Origin: Auanema rhodensis | Lineage: Eukaryota; Animalia; Nematoda | NCBI GenBank assembly: GCA_964057225.1 | Contig: OZ059896.1 | Coordinates: 3,410,001 to 3,474,000, forward strand | DNA length: 64,000 nt | Direction of reading: 5' to 3' | Part shown: positions 41,901 to 55,300 of the stretch, one piece after another | Numbering within the stretch: the first letter of the stretch is position 1 | Layout: each line of letters opens with the position of its first letter | Translations under genes and position numbers: made by a program | The notes under the pieces: model-generated | What the model was told of the DNA's origin: nothing | Seen by the model: the letters and a program-made list of their open reading frames with translations, nothing else | Database searches by the model: none

Positions 41901-43148
41901 TTTTTTCGAAAAATTTCAAAATAATTTAGCAAAAAGTAGATGTTTTTAGATTCCTTCTTTCAAGGCAAAAACGATGGACAATGTTATTCAACGAAAAAAT
42001 TAATTCTTCAGGGTGAAAATCGAGGAAATAAGTGTGAACTTATATCAGTTGATATCTCGGTGCATTTTTAGGCTAGCGCAAATCTGATAACACAGATCGA
42101 CGCAGCTTAAAAGTCCGCATCGAATGCACTATACTACATTAAGAAAAGCTTAATACAAAAATTAGTTATGATCGTTTGAAAAATGATGCATTAGTGTATG
42201 TTGAGTTTCCATGTACACTCAACATTGCTTCCAAAAACATTTTGACAAAAATTTTTTCGAAAAATTTCAAAATAATTTAGCAAAAAGTAGATGTTTTTAG
42301 ATTCCTTCTTTCAAGGCAAAAACGATGGACAATGTTATTCAACGAAAAAATTAATTCTTCAGGGTGAAAATCGAGGATATAAGAGTGAACTTATATCAGT
42401 TGATATCTCGGTGCATTTTTAAGCTAGCGCAAATCTGATAACACAGATCGACGCAGCTTAAAAATCCGCATCGAATGCATTATACTACATGGAGAAACGC
42501 TCATCACAAAAATTAGTTATGATCGTTTGAAAAATGATGCATTAGTGTATGTTGAGTTTCCATGTACACTCAAAATTGCTTCCAAAAACATTTTGACAAA
42601 AATTTTTTCGAAAAATTTCAAAATAATTTAGCAAAAAGTAGATGTTTTTAGATTCCCTCTTTCAAGGCAAAAACGATGGACAATGTTATTCAACGAAAAA
42701 ATTAATTCTTCAGGGTGAAAATCGAGGATATAAGTGTGAACTTATATCAGTTGATATCTCGGTGCATTTTTAAGCTAGCGCAAATCTGCTAACACAGATC
42801 GACGCAGCTTAAAAGTCCGCATCGAATGCACTATACTACATTAAGAAAAGCTTAATACAAAAATTAGTTATGATCGTTTGAAAAATGATGCATTAGTGTA
42901 TGTTGAGTTTCCATGTACACTCAAAATTGCTTCCAAAAACATTTTGACAAAAATTTTTTCGAAAAATTTCAAAATAATTTAGCAAAAAGTAGATGTTTTT
43001 AGATTCCTTCTTTCAAGGCAAAAACGATGGACAATGTTATTCAACGAAAAAATTAATTCTTCAGGGTGAAAATCGAGGATATAAGTGTGAACTTATATCA
43101 GTTGATATCTCGGTGCATTTTTAAGCTAGCGCAAATCTGATAACACAG
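32974..43148. repeat. 5/6-monomer higher-order repeat family (B-D-B-C-C[-B])
   Basis: Units are marked by the private gagtttacatg allele and start at 32974, 34728, 36833 and 40693. They share taagagtg and ggaaataag+tttaggct. Periods are 1754, 2105 and 3860 bp. Confidence 0.85.
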
Positions 43149-46100
43149 ATCGACGCAGCTTAAAAGTCCGCATCGAATGCACTATACTACATTAAGAAAA
43201 GCTTAATACAAAAATTAGTTATGATCGTTTGAAAAATGATGCATTAGTGTATGTTGAGTTTCCATGTACACTCAAAATTGCTTCCAAAAACATTTTGACA
43301 AAAATTTTTTCGAAAAATTTCAAAATAATTTAGCAAAAAGTAGATGTTTTTAGATTCCTTCTTTCAAGGCAAAAACGATGGGCAATGTTATTCAACGAAA
43401 AAATTAATTCTTCAGGGTGAAAATCGAGGATATAAGTGTGAACTTATATCAGTTGATATCTCGGTGCATTTTTAAGCTAGCGCAAATCTGATAACACATA
43501 TCGACGCAGCTTAAAAATCCGCATCGAATGCATTATACTACATGGAGAAACGCTCATCACAAAAATTAGTTATGATCGTTTGAAAAATGATGCATTAGTG
43601 TATGTTGAGTTTCCATGTACACTCAACATTGCTTCCAAAAACATTTTGACAAAATTTTTTCGAAAAATTTCAAAATAATTTCGCAAAAAGTAGATGTTTT
43701 TAGATTCCTTTTTTTGAGGCAAAAACGATGGACAATGTTATTCAACGAAAAAATTAATTCTTCAGGGTGAAAATCGAGGATATAAGTGTGAACTTATATC
43801 AGTTAATATCTCGGTGCATTTTTAAGCTAGCGCAAATCTGATAACACAGATCGACGCAGCTTAAAAAACCGCATCGAATGCACTATATTACATTGAGAAA
43901 AGCTTAATACAAAAATTAGTTATGATCGTTTGAAAAATGATGCATTAGTGTATGTTGAGTTTCCATGTACACTCAACATTGCTTCCAAAAACATTTTGAC
44001 AAAATTTTTTCGAAAAATTTCAGAATAATTTAGCAAAAAGTAGATGTTTTTAGATTCCTTTTTTCGAGGCAAAAACGATGGACAATGTTATTCAACGAAA
44101 AAATTAATTCTTCAGGGTGAAAATCGAGGATATAAGTGTGAACTTATATCAGTTAATATCTCGGTGCATTTTTAAGCTAGCGCAAATCTGATAACATAGA
44201 TCGACGCAGCTTAAAAGTCCGCATCGAATGCACTATACTACATTAAGAAAAGCTTAATACAAAAATTAGTTATGATCGTTTGAAAAATGATGCATTAGTG
44301 TATGTTGAGTTTCCATGTACACTCAAAATTGCTTCCAAAAACATTTTGACAAAAATTTTTTCGAAAAATTTCAAAATAATTTAGCAAAAAGTAGATGTTT
44401 TTAGATTCCTTTTTTCGAGGCAAAAACGATGGACAATGTTATTCAACGAAAAAATTAATTCTTCAGGGTGAAAATCGAGGATATAAGTGTGAACTTATAT
44501 CAGTTGATATCTCGGTGCATTTTTAAGCTAGCGCAAATCTGATAACACAGATCGAAGCAGCTTAAAAATCCGCATCGAATGCACTATATTACATTGAGGA
44601 AAGCTTAATACAAAAATTAGTTATGATTGTTTGAAAAATGATGCATTAGTGTATGTTGAGTTTCCATGTACACTCAAAATTGCTTCCAAAAACATTTTGA
44701 CAAAAATTTTTTCGAAAAATTTCAAAATAATTTAGCAAAAAGTAGATGTTTTTAGATTCCTTCTTTCAAGGCAAAAACGATGGACAATGTTATTCAACGA
44801 AAAAATTAATTCTTCAGGGTGAAAATCGAGGAAATAAGTGTGAACTTATATCAGTTGATATCTCGGTGCATTTTTAAGCTAGCGCAAATCTGATAACACA
44901 GATCGACGCAGCTTAAAAGTCCGCATCGAATGCACTATACTACATTAAGAAAAGCTTAATACAAAAATTAGTTATGATCGTTTGAAAAATGATGCATTAG
45001 TGTATGTTGAGTTTCCATGTACACTCAAAATTGCTTCCAAAAACATTTTGACAAAAATTTTTTCGAAAAATTTCAAAATAATTTAGCAAAAAGTAGATGT
45101 TTTTAGATTCCTTCTTTCAAGGCAAAAACGATGGACAATGTTATTCAACGAAAAAATTAATTCTTCAGGGTGAAAATCGAGGAAATAAGTGTGAACTTAT
45201 ATCAGTTGATATCTCGGTGCATTTTTAAGCTAGCGCAAATCTGATAACACAGATCGACGCAGCTTAAAAGTCCGCATCGAATGCACTATACTACATTAAG
45301 AAAAGCTTAATACAAAAATTAGTTATGATCGTTTGAAAAATGATGCATTAGTGTATGTTGAGTTTCCATGTACACTCAAAATTGCTTCCAAAAACATTTT
45401 GACAAAAATTTTTTCGAAAAATTTCAAAATAATTTAGCAAAAAGTAGATGTTTTTAGATTCCTTCTTTCAAGGCAAAAACGATGGGCAATGTTATTCAAC
45501 GAAAAAATTAATTCTTCAGGGTGAAAATCGAGGATATAAGTGTGAACTTATATCAGTTGATATCTCGGTGCATTTTTAAGCTAGCGCAAATCTGATAACA
45601 CATATCGACGCAGCTTAAAAATCCGCATCGAATGCATTATACTACATGGAGAAACGCTCATCACAAAAATTAGTTATGATCGTTTGAAAAATGATGCATT
45701 AGTGTATGTTGAGTTTCCATGTACACTCAACATTGCTTCCAAAAACATTTTGACAAAATTTTTTCGAAAAATTTCAAAATAATTTCGCAAAAAGTAGATG
45801 TTTTTAGATTCCTTTTTTTGAGGCAAAAACGATGGACAATGTTATTCAACGAAAAAATTAATTCTTCAGGGTGAAAATCGAGGATATAAGTGTGAACTTA
45901 TATCAGTTAATATCTCGGTGCATTTTTAAGCTAGCGCAAATCTGATAACACAGATCGACGCAGCTTAAAAAACCGCATCGAATGCACTATATTACATTGA
46001 GAAAAGCTTAATACAAAAATTAGTTATGATCGTTTGAAAAATGATGCATTAGTGTATGTTGAGTTTCCATGTACACTCAACATTGCTTCCAAAAACATTT

Positions 46101-49100
46101 TGACAAAATTTTTTCGAAAAATTTCAGAATAATTTAGCAAAAAGTAGATGTTTTTAGATTCCTTTTTTCGAGGCAAAAACGATGGACAATGTTATTCAAC
46201 GAAAAAATTAATTCTTCAGGGTGAAAATCGAGGATATAAGTGTGAACTTATATCAGTTAATATCTCGGTGCATTTTTAAGCTAGCGCAAATCTGATAACA
46301 TAGATCGACGCAGCTTAAAAGTCCGCATCGAATGCACTATACTACATTAAGAAAAGCTTAATACAAAAATTAGTTATGATCGTTTGAAAAATGATGCATT
46401 AGTGTATGTTGAGTTTCCATGTACACTCAAAATTGCTTCCAAAAACATTTTGACAAAAATTTTTTCGAAAAATTTCAAAATAATTTAGCAAAAAGTAGAT
46501 GTTTTTAGATTCCTTTTTTCGAGGCAAAAACGATGGACAATGTTATTCAACGAAAAAATTAATTCTTCAGGGTGAAAATCGAGGATATAAGTGTGAACTT
46601 ATATCAGTTGATATCTCGGTGCATTTTTAAGCTAGCGCAAATCTGATAACACAGATCGAAGCAGCTTAAAAATCCGCATCGAATGCACTATATTACATTG
46701 AGGAAAGCTTAATACAAAAATTAGTTATGATTGTTTGAAAAATGATGCATTAGTGTATGTTGAGTTTCCATGTACACTCAAAATTGCTTCCAAAAACATT
46801 TTGACAAAAATTTTTTCGAAAAATTTCAAAATAATTTAGCAAAAAGTAGATGTTTTTAGATTCCTTCTTTCAAGGCAAAAACGATGGACAATGTTATTCA
46901 ACGAAAAAATTAATTCTTCAGGGTGAAAATCGAGGAAATAAGTGTGAACTTATATCAGTTGATATCTCGGTGCATTTTTAAGCTAGCGCAAATCTGATAA
47001 CACAGATCGACGCAGCTTAAAAGTCCGCATCGAATGCACTATACTACATTAAGAAAAGCTTAATACAAAAATTAGTTATGATCGTTTGAAAAATGATGCA
47101 TTAGTGTATGTTGAGTTTCCATGTACACTCAAAATTGCTTCCAAAAACATTTTGACAAAAATTTTTTCGAAAAATTTCAAAATAATTTAGCAAAAAGTAG
47201 ATGTTTTTAGATTCCTTCTTTCAAGGCAAAAACGATGGACAATGTTATTCAACGAAAAAATTAATTCTTCAGGGTGAAAATCGAGGAAATAAGTGTGAAC
47301 TTATATCAGTTGATATCTCGGTGCATTTTTAAGCTAGCGCAAATCTGATAACACAGATCGACGCAGCTTAAAAGTCCGCATCGAATGCACTATACTACAT
47401 TAAGAAAAGCTTAATACAAAAATTAGTTATGATCGTTTGAAAAATGATGCATTAGTGTATGTTGAGTTTCCATGTACACTCAAAATTGCTTCCAAAAACA
47501 TTTTGACAAAAATTTTTTCGAAAAATTTCAAAATAATTTAGCAAAAAGTAGATGTTTTTAGATTCCTTCTTTCAAGGCAAAAACGATGGGCAATGTTATT
47601 CAACGAAAAAATTAATTCTTCAGGGTGAAAATCGAGGATATAAGTGTGAACTTATATCAGTTGATATCTCGGTGCATTTTTAAGCTAGCGCAAATCTGAT
47701 AACACATATCGACGCAGCTTAAAAATCCGCATCGAATGCATTATACTACATGGAGAAACGCTCATCACAAAAATTAGTTATGATCGTTTGAAAAATGATG
47801 CATTAGTGTATGTTGAGTTTCCATGTACACTCAACATTGCTTCCAAAAACATTTTGACAAAATTTTTTCGAAAAATTTCAAAATAATTTCGCAAAAAGTA
47901 GATGTTTTTAGATTCCTTTTTTTGAGGCAAAAACGATGGACAATGTTATTCAACGAAAAAATTAATTCTTCAGGGTGAAAATCGAGGATATAAGTGTGAA
48001 CTTATATCAGTTAATATCTCGGTGCATTTTTAAGCTAGCGCAAATCTGATAACACAGATCGACGCAGCTTAAAAAACCGCATCGAATGCACTATATTACA
48101 TTGAGAAAAGCTTAATACAAAAATTAGTTATGATCGTTTGAAAAATGATGCATTAGTGTATGTTGAGTTTCCATGTACACTCAACATTGCTTCCAAAAAC
48201 ATTTTGACAAAATTTTTTCGAAAAATTTCAGAATAATTTAGCAAAAAGTAGATGTTTTTAGATTCCTTTTTTCGAGGCAAAAACGATGGACAATGTTATT
48301 CAACGAAAAAATTAATTCTTCAGGGTGAAAATCGAGGATATAAGTGTGAACTTATATCAGTTAATATCTCGGTGCATTTTTAAGCTAGCGCAAATCTGAT
48401 AACATAGATCGACGCAGCTTAAAAGTCCGCATCGAATGCACTATACTACATTAAGAAAAGCTTAATACAAAAATTAGTTATGATCGTTTGAAAAATGATG
48501 CATTAGTGTATGTTGAGTTTCCATGTACACTCAAAATTGCTTCCAAAAACATTTTGACAAAAATTTTTTCGAAAAATTTCAAAATAATTTAGCAAAAAGT
48601 AGATGTTTTTAGATTCCTTTTTTCGAGGCAAAAACGATGGACAATGTTATTCAACGAAAAAATTAATTCTTCAGGGTGAAAATCGAGGATATAAGTGTGA
48701 ACTTATATCAGTTGATATCTCGGTGCATTTTTAAGCTAGCGCAAATCTGATAACACAGATCGAAGCAGCTTAAAAATCCGCATCGAATGCACTATATTAC
48801 ATTGAGGAAAGCTTAATACAAAAATTAGTTATGATTGTTTGAAAAATGATGCATTAGTGTATGTTGAGTTTCCATGTACACTCAAAATTGCTTCCAAAAA
48901 CATTTTGACAAAAATTTTTTCGAAAAATTTCAAAATAATTTAGCAAAAAGTAGATGTTTTTAGATTCCTTCTTTCAAGGCAAAAACGATGGACAATGTTA
49001 TTCAACGAAAAAATTAATTCTTCAGGGTGAAAATCGAGGAAATAAGTGTGAACTTATATCAGTTGATATCTCGGTGCATTTTTAAGCTAGCGCAAATCTG

Positions 49101-49320
49101 ATAACACAGATCGACGCAGCTTAAAAGTCCGCATCGAATGCACTATACTACATTAAGAAAAGCTTAATACAAAAATTAGTTATGATCGTTTGAAAAATGA
49201 TGCATTAGTGTATGTTGAGTTTCCATGTACACTCAAAATTGCTTCCAAAAACATTTTGACAAAAATTTTTTCGAAAAATTTCAAAATAATTTAGCAAAAA
49301 GTAGATGTTTTTAGATTCCT
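43149..49320. repeat. 6-monomer higher-order repeat, 2104 bp x~3
   Basis: Units start at 43149, 45253 and 47357. Each has gatgggc+acatatcg, short B, short D (tcagaat, catag), C(ttcgag), gaagc-A(ggaaat) and C. Confidence 0.92.
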
Positions 49321-52300
49321 TTTTTTAAGGCAAAAACGATGGACAATGTTATTCAACGAAAAAATTAATTCTTCAGGGTGAAAATCGAGGATATAAGTGT
49401 GAACTTATATCAGTTGATATCTCGGTGCATTTTTAAGCTAGCGCAAATCTGATAACACAGATCGACGCAGCTTAAAAATCCGCATCGAATGCACTATATT
49501 ACATGGAGGAAAGCTTAATACAAAAATTAGTTATGATTGTTTGAAAAATGATGCATTAGTGTATGTTGAGTTTCCATGTACACTCAAAATTGCTTCCAAA
49601 AACATTTTGACAAAAATTTTTTCGAAAAATTTCAAAATAATTTAGCAAAAAGTAGATGTTTTTAGATTCCTTCTTTCAAGGCAAAAACGATGGACAATGT
49701 TATTCAACGAAAAAATTAATTCTTCAGGGTGAAAATCGAGGATATAAGTGTGAACTTATATCAGTTGATATCTCGGTGCATTTTTAAGCTAGCGCAAATC
49801 TGATAACACAGATCGACGCAGCTTAAAAATCCGCATCGAATGCATTATACTACATGGAGAAACGCTCATCACAAAAATTAGTTATGATCGTTTGAAAAAT
49901 GATGCATTAGTGTATGTTGAGTTTCCATGTACACTCAACATTGCTTCCAAAAACATTTTGACAAAATTTTTTCGAAAAATTTCAAAATAATTTCGCAAAA
50001 AGTAGATGTTTTTAGATTCCTTTTTTTGAGGCAAAAACGATGGACAATGTTATTCAACGAAAAAATTAATTCTTCAGGGTGAAAATCGAGGATATAAGTG
50101 TGAACTTATATCAGTTAATATCTCGGTGCATTTTTAAGCTAGCGCAAATCTGATAACACAGATCGACGCAGCTTAAAAAACCGCATCGAATGCACTATAT
50201 TACATTGAGAAAAGCTTAATACAAAAATTAGTTATGATCGTTTGAAAAATGATGCATTAGTGTATGTTGAGTTTCCATGTACACTCAACATTGCTTCCAA
50301 AAACATTTTGACAAAAATTTTTTCGAAAAATTTCAAAATAATTTAGCAAAAAGTAGATGTTTTTAGATTCCTTTTTTCAAGGCAAAAACGATGGACAATG
50401 TTATTCAACGAAAAAATTAATTCTTCAGGGTGAAAATCGAGGATATAAGTGTGAACTTATATCAGATGATATCTAGGTGCATTTTTAAGCTAGCGCAAAT
50501 CTGATAACACAGATCGACGCAGCTTAAAAATCCGCATCGAATGCACTATATTACATTGAGGAAAGCTTAATATAAAAATTAGTTATGATCGTTTGAAAAA
50601 TGATGCATTAGTGTATGTTGAGTTTCCATGTACACTCAAAATTGCTTCCAAAAACATTTTGACAAAAATTTTTTCGAAAAATTTCAAAATAATTTAGCAA
50701 AAAGTAGATGTTTTTAGATTCCTTCTTTCAAGGCAAAAACGATGGACAATGTTATTCAACGAAAAAATTAATTCTTCAGGGAGAAAATCGAGGATATAAG
50801 TGTGAACTTATATCAGTTGATATCTCGGTGCATTTTTAAGCTAGCGCAAATCTGATAACACAGATCGACGCAGCTTAAAAATCCGCATCGAATGCACTAT
50901 ATTACATTGAGGAAAGCTTAATACAAAAATTAGTTATGATTGTTTGAAAAATGATGCATTAGTGTATGTTGAGTTTCCATGTACACTCAAAATTGCTTCC
51001 AAAAACATTTTGACAAAAATTTTTTCGAAAAATTTCAAAATAATTTAGCAAAAAGTAGATGTTTTTAGATTCCTTCTTTCAAGGCAAAAACGATGGACAA
51101 TGTTATTCAACGAAAAAATTAATTCTTCAGGGTGAAAATCGAGGATATAAGTGTGAACTTATATCAGTTGATATCTCGGTGCATTTTTAAGCTAGCGCAA
51201 ATCTGATAACACAGATCGACGCAGCTTAAAAATCCGCATCGAATGCATTATACTACATGGAGAAACGCTCATCACAAAAATTAGTTATGATCGTTTGAAA
51301 AATGATGCATTAGTGTATGTTGAGTTTCCATGTACACTCAACATTGCTTCCAAAAACATTTTGACAAAATTTTTTCGAAAAATTTCAAAATAATTTCGCA
51401 AAAAGTAGATGTTTTTAGATTCCTTTTTTTGAGGCAAAAACGATGGACAATGTTATTCAGCGAAAAAATTAATTCTTCAGGGTGAAAATCGAGGATATAA
51501 GTGTGAACTTATATCAGTTGATATCTCGGTGCATTTTTAAGCTAGCGCAAATCTGATAACACAGATCGACGCAGCTTAAAAATCCGCATCGAATGCACTA
51601 TATTACATTGAGGAAAGCTTAATACAAAAATTAGTTATGATTGTTTGAAAAATGATGCATTAGTGTATGTTGAGTTTCCATGTACACTCAAAATTGCTTC
51701 CAAAAACATTTTGACAAAAATTTTTTCGAAAAATTTCAAAATAATTTAGCAAAAAGTAGATGTTTTTAGATTCCTTCTTTCAAGGCAAAAACGATGGACA
51801 ATGTTATTCAACGAAAAAATTAATTCTTCAGGGTGAAAATCGAGGATATAAGTGTGAACTTATATCAGTTGATATCTCGGTGCATTTTTAAGCTAGCGCA
51901 AATCTGATAACACAGATCGACGCAGCTTAAAAATCCGCATCGAATGCATTATACTACATGGAGAAACGCTCATCACAAAAATTAGGTATGATCGTTTGAA
52001 AAATGATGCATTAGTGTATGTTGAGTTTCCATGTACACTCAACATTGCTTCCAAAAACATTTTGACAAAATTTTTTCGAAAAATTTCAAAATAATTTCGC
52101 AAAAAGTAGATGTTTTTAGATTCTTTTTTTTGAGGCAAAAACGATGGACAATGTTATTCAACGAAAAAATTAATTCTTCAGGGTGAAAATCGAGGATATA
52201 AGTGTGAACTTATATCAGTTAATATCTCGGTGCATTTTTAAGCTAGCGCAAATCTGATAACACAGATCGACGCAGCTTAAAAGTCCGCATCGAATGCACT

Positions 52301-55300
52301 ATACTACATTAAGAAAAGCTTAATACAAAAATTAGTTATGATCGTTTGAAAAATGATGCATTAGTGTATGTTGAGTTTCCATGTACACTCAAAATTGCTT
52401 CCAAAAACATTTTGACAAAAATTTTTTCGAAAAATTTCAAAATAATTTAGCAAAAAGTAGATGTTTTTAGATTCCTTCTTTCAAGGCAAAAACGATGGGC
52501 AATGTTATTCAACGAAAAAATTAATTCTTCAGGGTGAAAATCGAGGATATAAGTGTGAACTTATATCAGTTGATATCTCGGTGCATTTTTAAGCTAGCGC
52601 AAATCTGATAACACAGATCGACGCAGCTTAAAAATCCGCATCGAATGCATTATACTACATGGAGAAACGCTCATCACAAAAATTAGTTATGATCGTTTGA
52701 AAAATGATGCATTAGTGTATGTTGAGTTTCCATGTACACTCAAAATTGCTTCCAAAAACATTTTGACAAAAATTTTTTCGAAAAATTTCAAAATAATTTC
52801 GCAAAAAGTAGATGTTTTTAGATTCCTTTTTTTGAGGCAAAAACGATGGACAATGTTATTCAACGAAAAAATTAATTCTTCAGGGTGAAAATCGAGGATA
52901 TAAGTGTGAACTTATATCAGTTGATATCTCGGTGCATTTTTAAGCTAGCGCAAATCTGATAACACAGATCGACGCAGCTTAAAAAACCGCATCGAATGCA
53001 CTATATTACATTGAGAAAAGCTTAATACAAAAATTAGTTATGATCGTTTGAAAAATGATGCATTAGTGTATGTTGAGTTTCCATGTACACTCAACATTGC
53101 TTCCAAAAACATTTTGACAAAATTTTTTCGAAAAATTTCAAAATAATTTCGCAAAAAGTAGATGTTTTTAGATTCCTTTTTTTGAGGCAAAAACGATGGA
53201 CAATGTTATTCAACGAAAAAATTAATTCTTCAGGGTGAAAATCGAGGATATAAGTGTGAACTTATATCAGTTAATATCTCGGTGCATTTTTAAGCTAGCG
53301 CAAATCTGATAACACAGATCGACGCAGCTTAAAAGTCCGCATCGAATGCACTATACTACATTAAGAAAAGCTTAATACAAAAATTAGTTATGATCGTTTG
53401 AAAAATGATGCATTAGTGTATGTTGAGTTTCCATGTACACTCAAAATTGCTTCCAAAAACATTTTGACAAAAATTTTTTCGAAAAATTTCAAAATAATTT
53501 AGCAAAAAGTAGATGTTTTTAGATTCCTTCTTTCAAGGCAAAAACGATGGACAATGTTATTCAACGAAAAAATTAATTCTTCAGGGTGAAAATCGAGGAT
53601 ATAAGTGTGAACTTATATCAGTTGATATCTCGGTGCATTTTTAAGCTAGCGCAAATCTGATAACACAGATCGACGCAGCTTAAAAGTCCGCATCGAATGC
53701 ACTATACTACATTAAGAAAAGCTTAATACAAAAATTAGTTATGATCGTTTGAAAAATGATGCATTAGTGTATGTTGAGTTTCCATGTACACTCAAAATTG
53801 CTTCCAAAAACATTTTGACAAAAATTTTTTCGAAAAATTTCAAAATAATTTAGCAAAAAGTAGATGTTTTTAGATTCCTTCTTTCAAGGCAAAAACGATG
53901 GGCAATGTTATTCAACGAAAAAATTAATTCTTCAGGGTGAAAATCGAGGATATAAGTGTGAACTTATATCAGTTGATATCTCGGTGCATTTTTAAGCTAG
54001 CGCAAATCTGATAACACAGATCGACGCAGCTTAAAAATCCGCATCGAATGCACTATATTACATTGAGGAAAGCTTAATACAAAAATTAGTTATGATTGTT
54101 TGAAAAATGATGCATTAGTGTATGTTGAGTTTCCATGTACACTCAAAATTGCTTCCAAAAACATTTTGACAAAAATTTTTTCGAAAAATTTCAAAATAAT
54201 TTAGCAAAAAGTAGATGTTTTTAGATTCCTTCTTTCAAGGCAAAAACGATGGACAATGTTATTCAACGAAAAAATTAATTCTTCAGGGTGAAAATCGAGG
54301 ATATAAGTGTGAACTTATATCAGTTGATATCTCGGTGCATTTTTAAGCTAGCGCAAATCTGATAACATAGATCGACGCAGCTTAAAAATCCGCATCGAAT
54401 GCACTATACTACATTAAGAAAAGCTTAATACAAAAATTAGTTATGATCGTTTGAAAAATGATGCATTAGTGTATGTTGAGTTTCCATGTACACTCAAAAT
54501 TGCTTCCAAAAACATTTTGACAAAAATTTTTTCGAAAAATTTCAAAATAATTTAGCAAAAAGTAGATGTTTTTAGATTCCTTTTTTCGAGGCAAAAACGA
54601 TGGACAATGTTATTCAACGAAAAAATTAATTCTTCAGGGTGAAAATCGAGGATATAAGTGTGAACTTATATCAGTTGATATCTCGGTGCATTTTTAAGCT
54701 AGCGCAAATCTGATAACACAGATCGAAGCAGCTTAAAAATCCGCATCGAATGCACTATATTACATTGAGGAAAGCTTAATACAAAAATTAGTTATGATTG
54801 TTTGAAAAATGATGCATTAGTGTATGTTGAGTTTCCATGTACACTCAAAATTGCTTCCAAAAACATTTTGACAAAAATTTTTTCGAAAAATTTCAAAATA
54901 ATTTAGCAAAAAGTAGATGTTTTTAGATTCCTTCTTTCAAGGCAAAAACGATGGACAATGTTATTCAACGAAAAAATTAATTCTTCAGGGTGAAAATCGA
55001 GGAAATAAGTGTGAACTTATATCAGTTGATATCTCGGTGCATTTTTAAGCTAGCGCAAATCTGATAACACAGATCGACGCAGCTTAAAAGTCCGCATCGA
55101 ATGCACTATACTACATTAAGAAAAGCTTAATACAAAAATTAGTTATGATCGTTTGAAAAATGATGCATTAGTGTATGTTGAGTTTCCATGTACACTCAAA
55201 TTTGCTTCCAAAAACATTTTGACAAAAATTTTTTCGAAAAATTTCAAAATAATTTAGCAAAAAGTAGATGTTTTTAGATTCCTTTTTTTAAGGCAAAAAC

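Noticed and set aside
51893-52138. 81-aa minus-strand ORF (and identical copy at 57856-58101)
   Set aside because: It lies wholly in satellite and starts with TTG. It is open only because a private ttagtta>ttaggta SNP removes a stop in these two copies. It has no recognisable domain and is useful only as a marker of the 5963-bp duplication.
52697-52888. 63-aa plus-strand ORF (and copy at 58660-58851)
   Set aside because: It starts with TTG and is open only because a chimeric monomer combines the A5 tract with the tcgc allele that removes TAG. The low-complexity K/F/I/N content reflects AT tracts.
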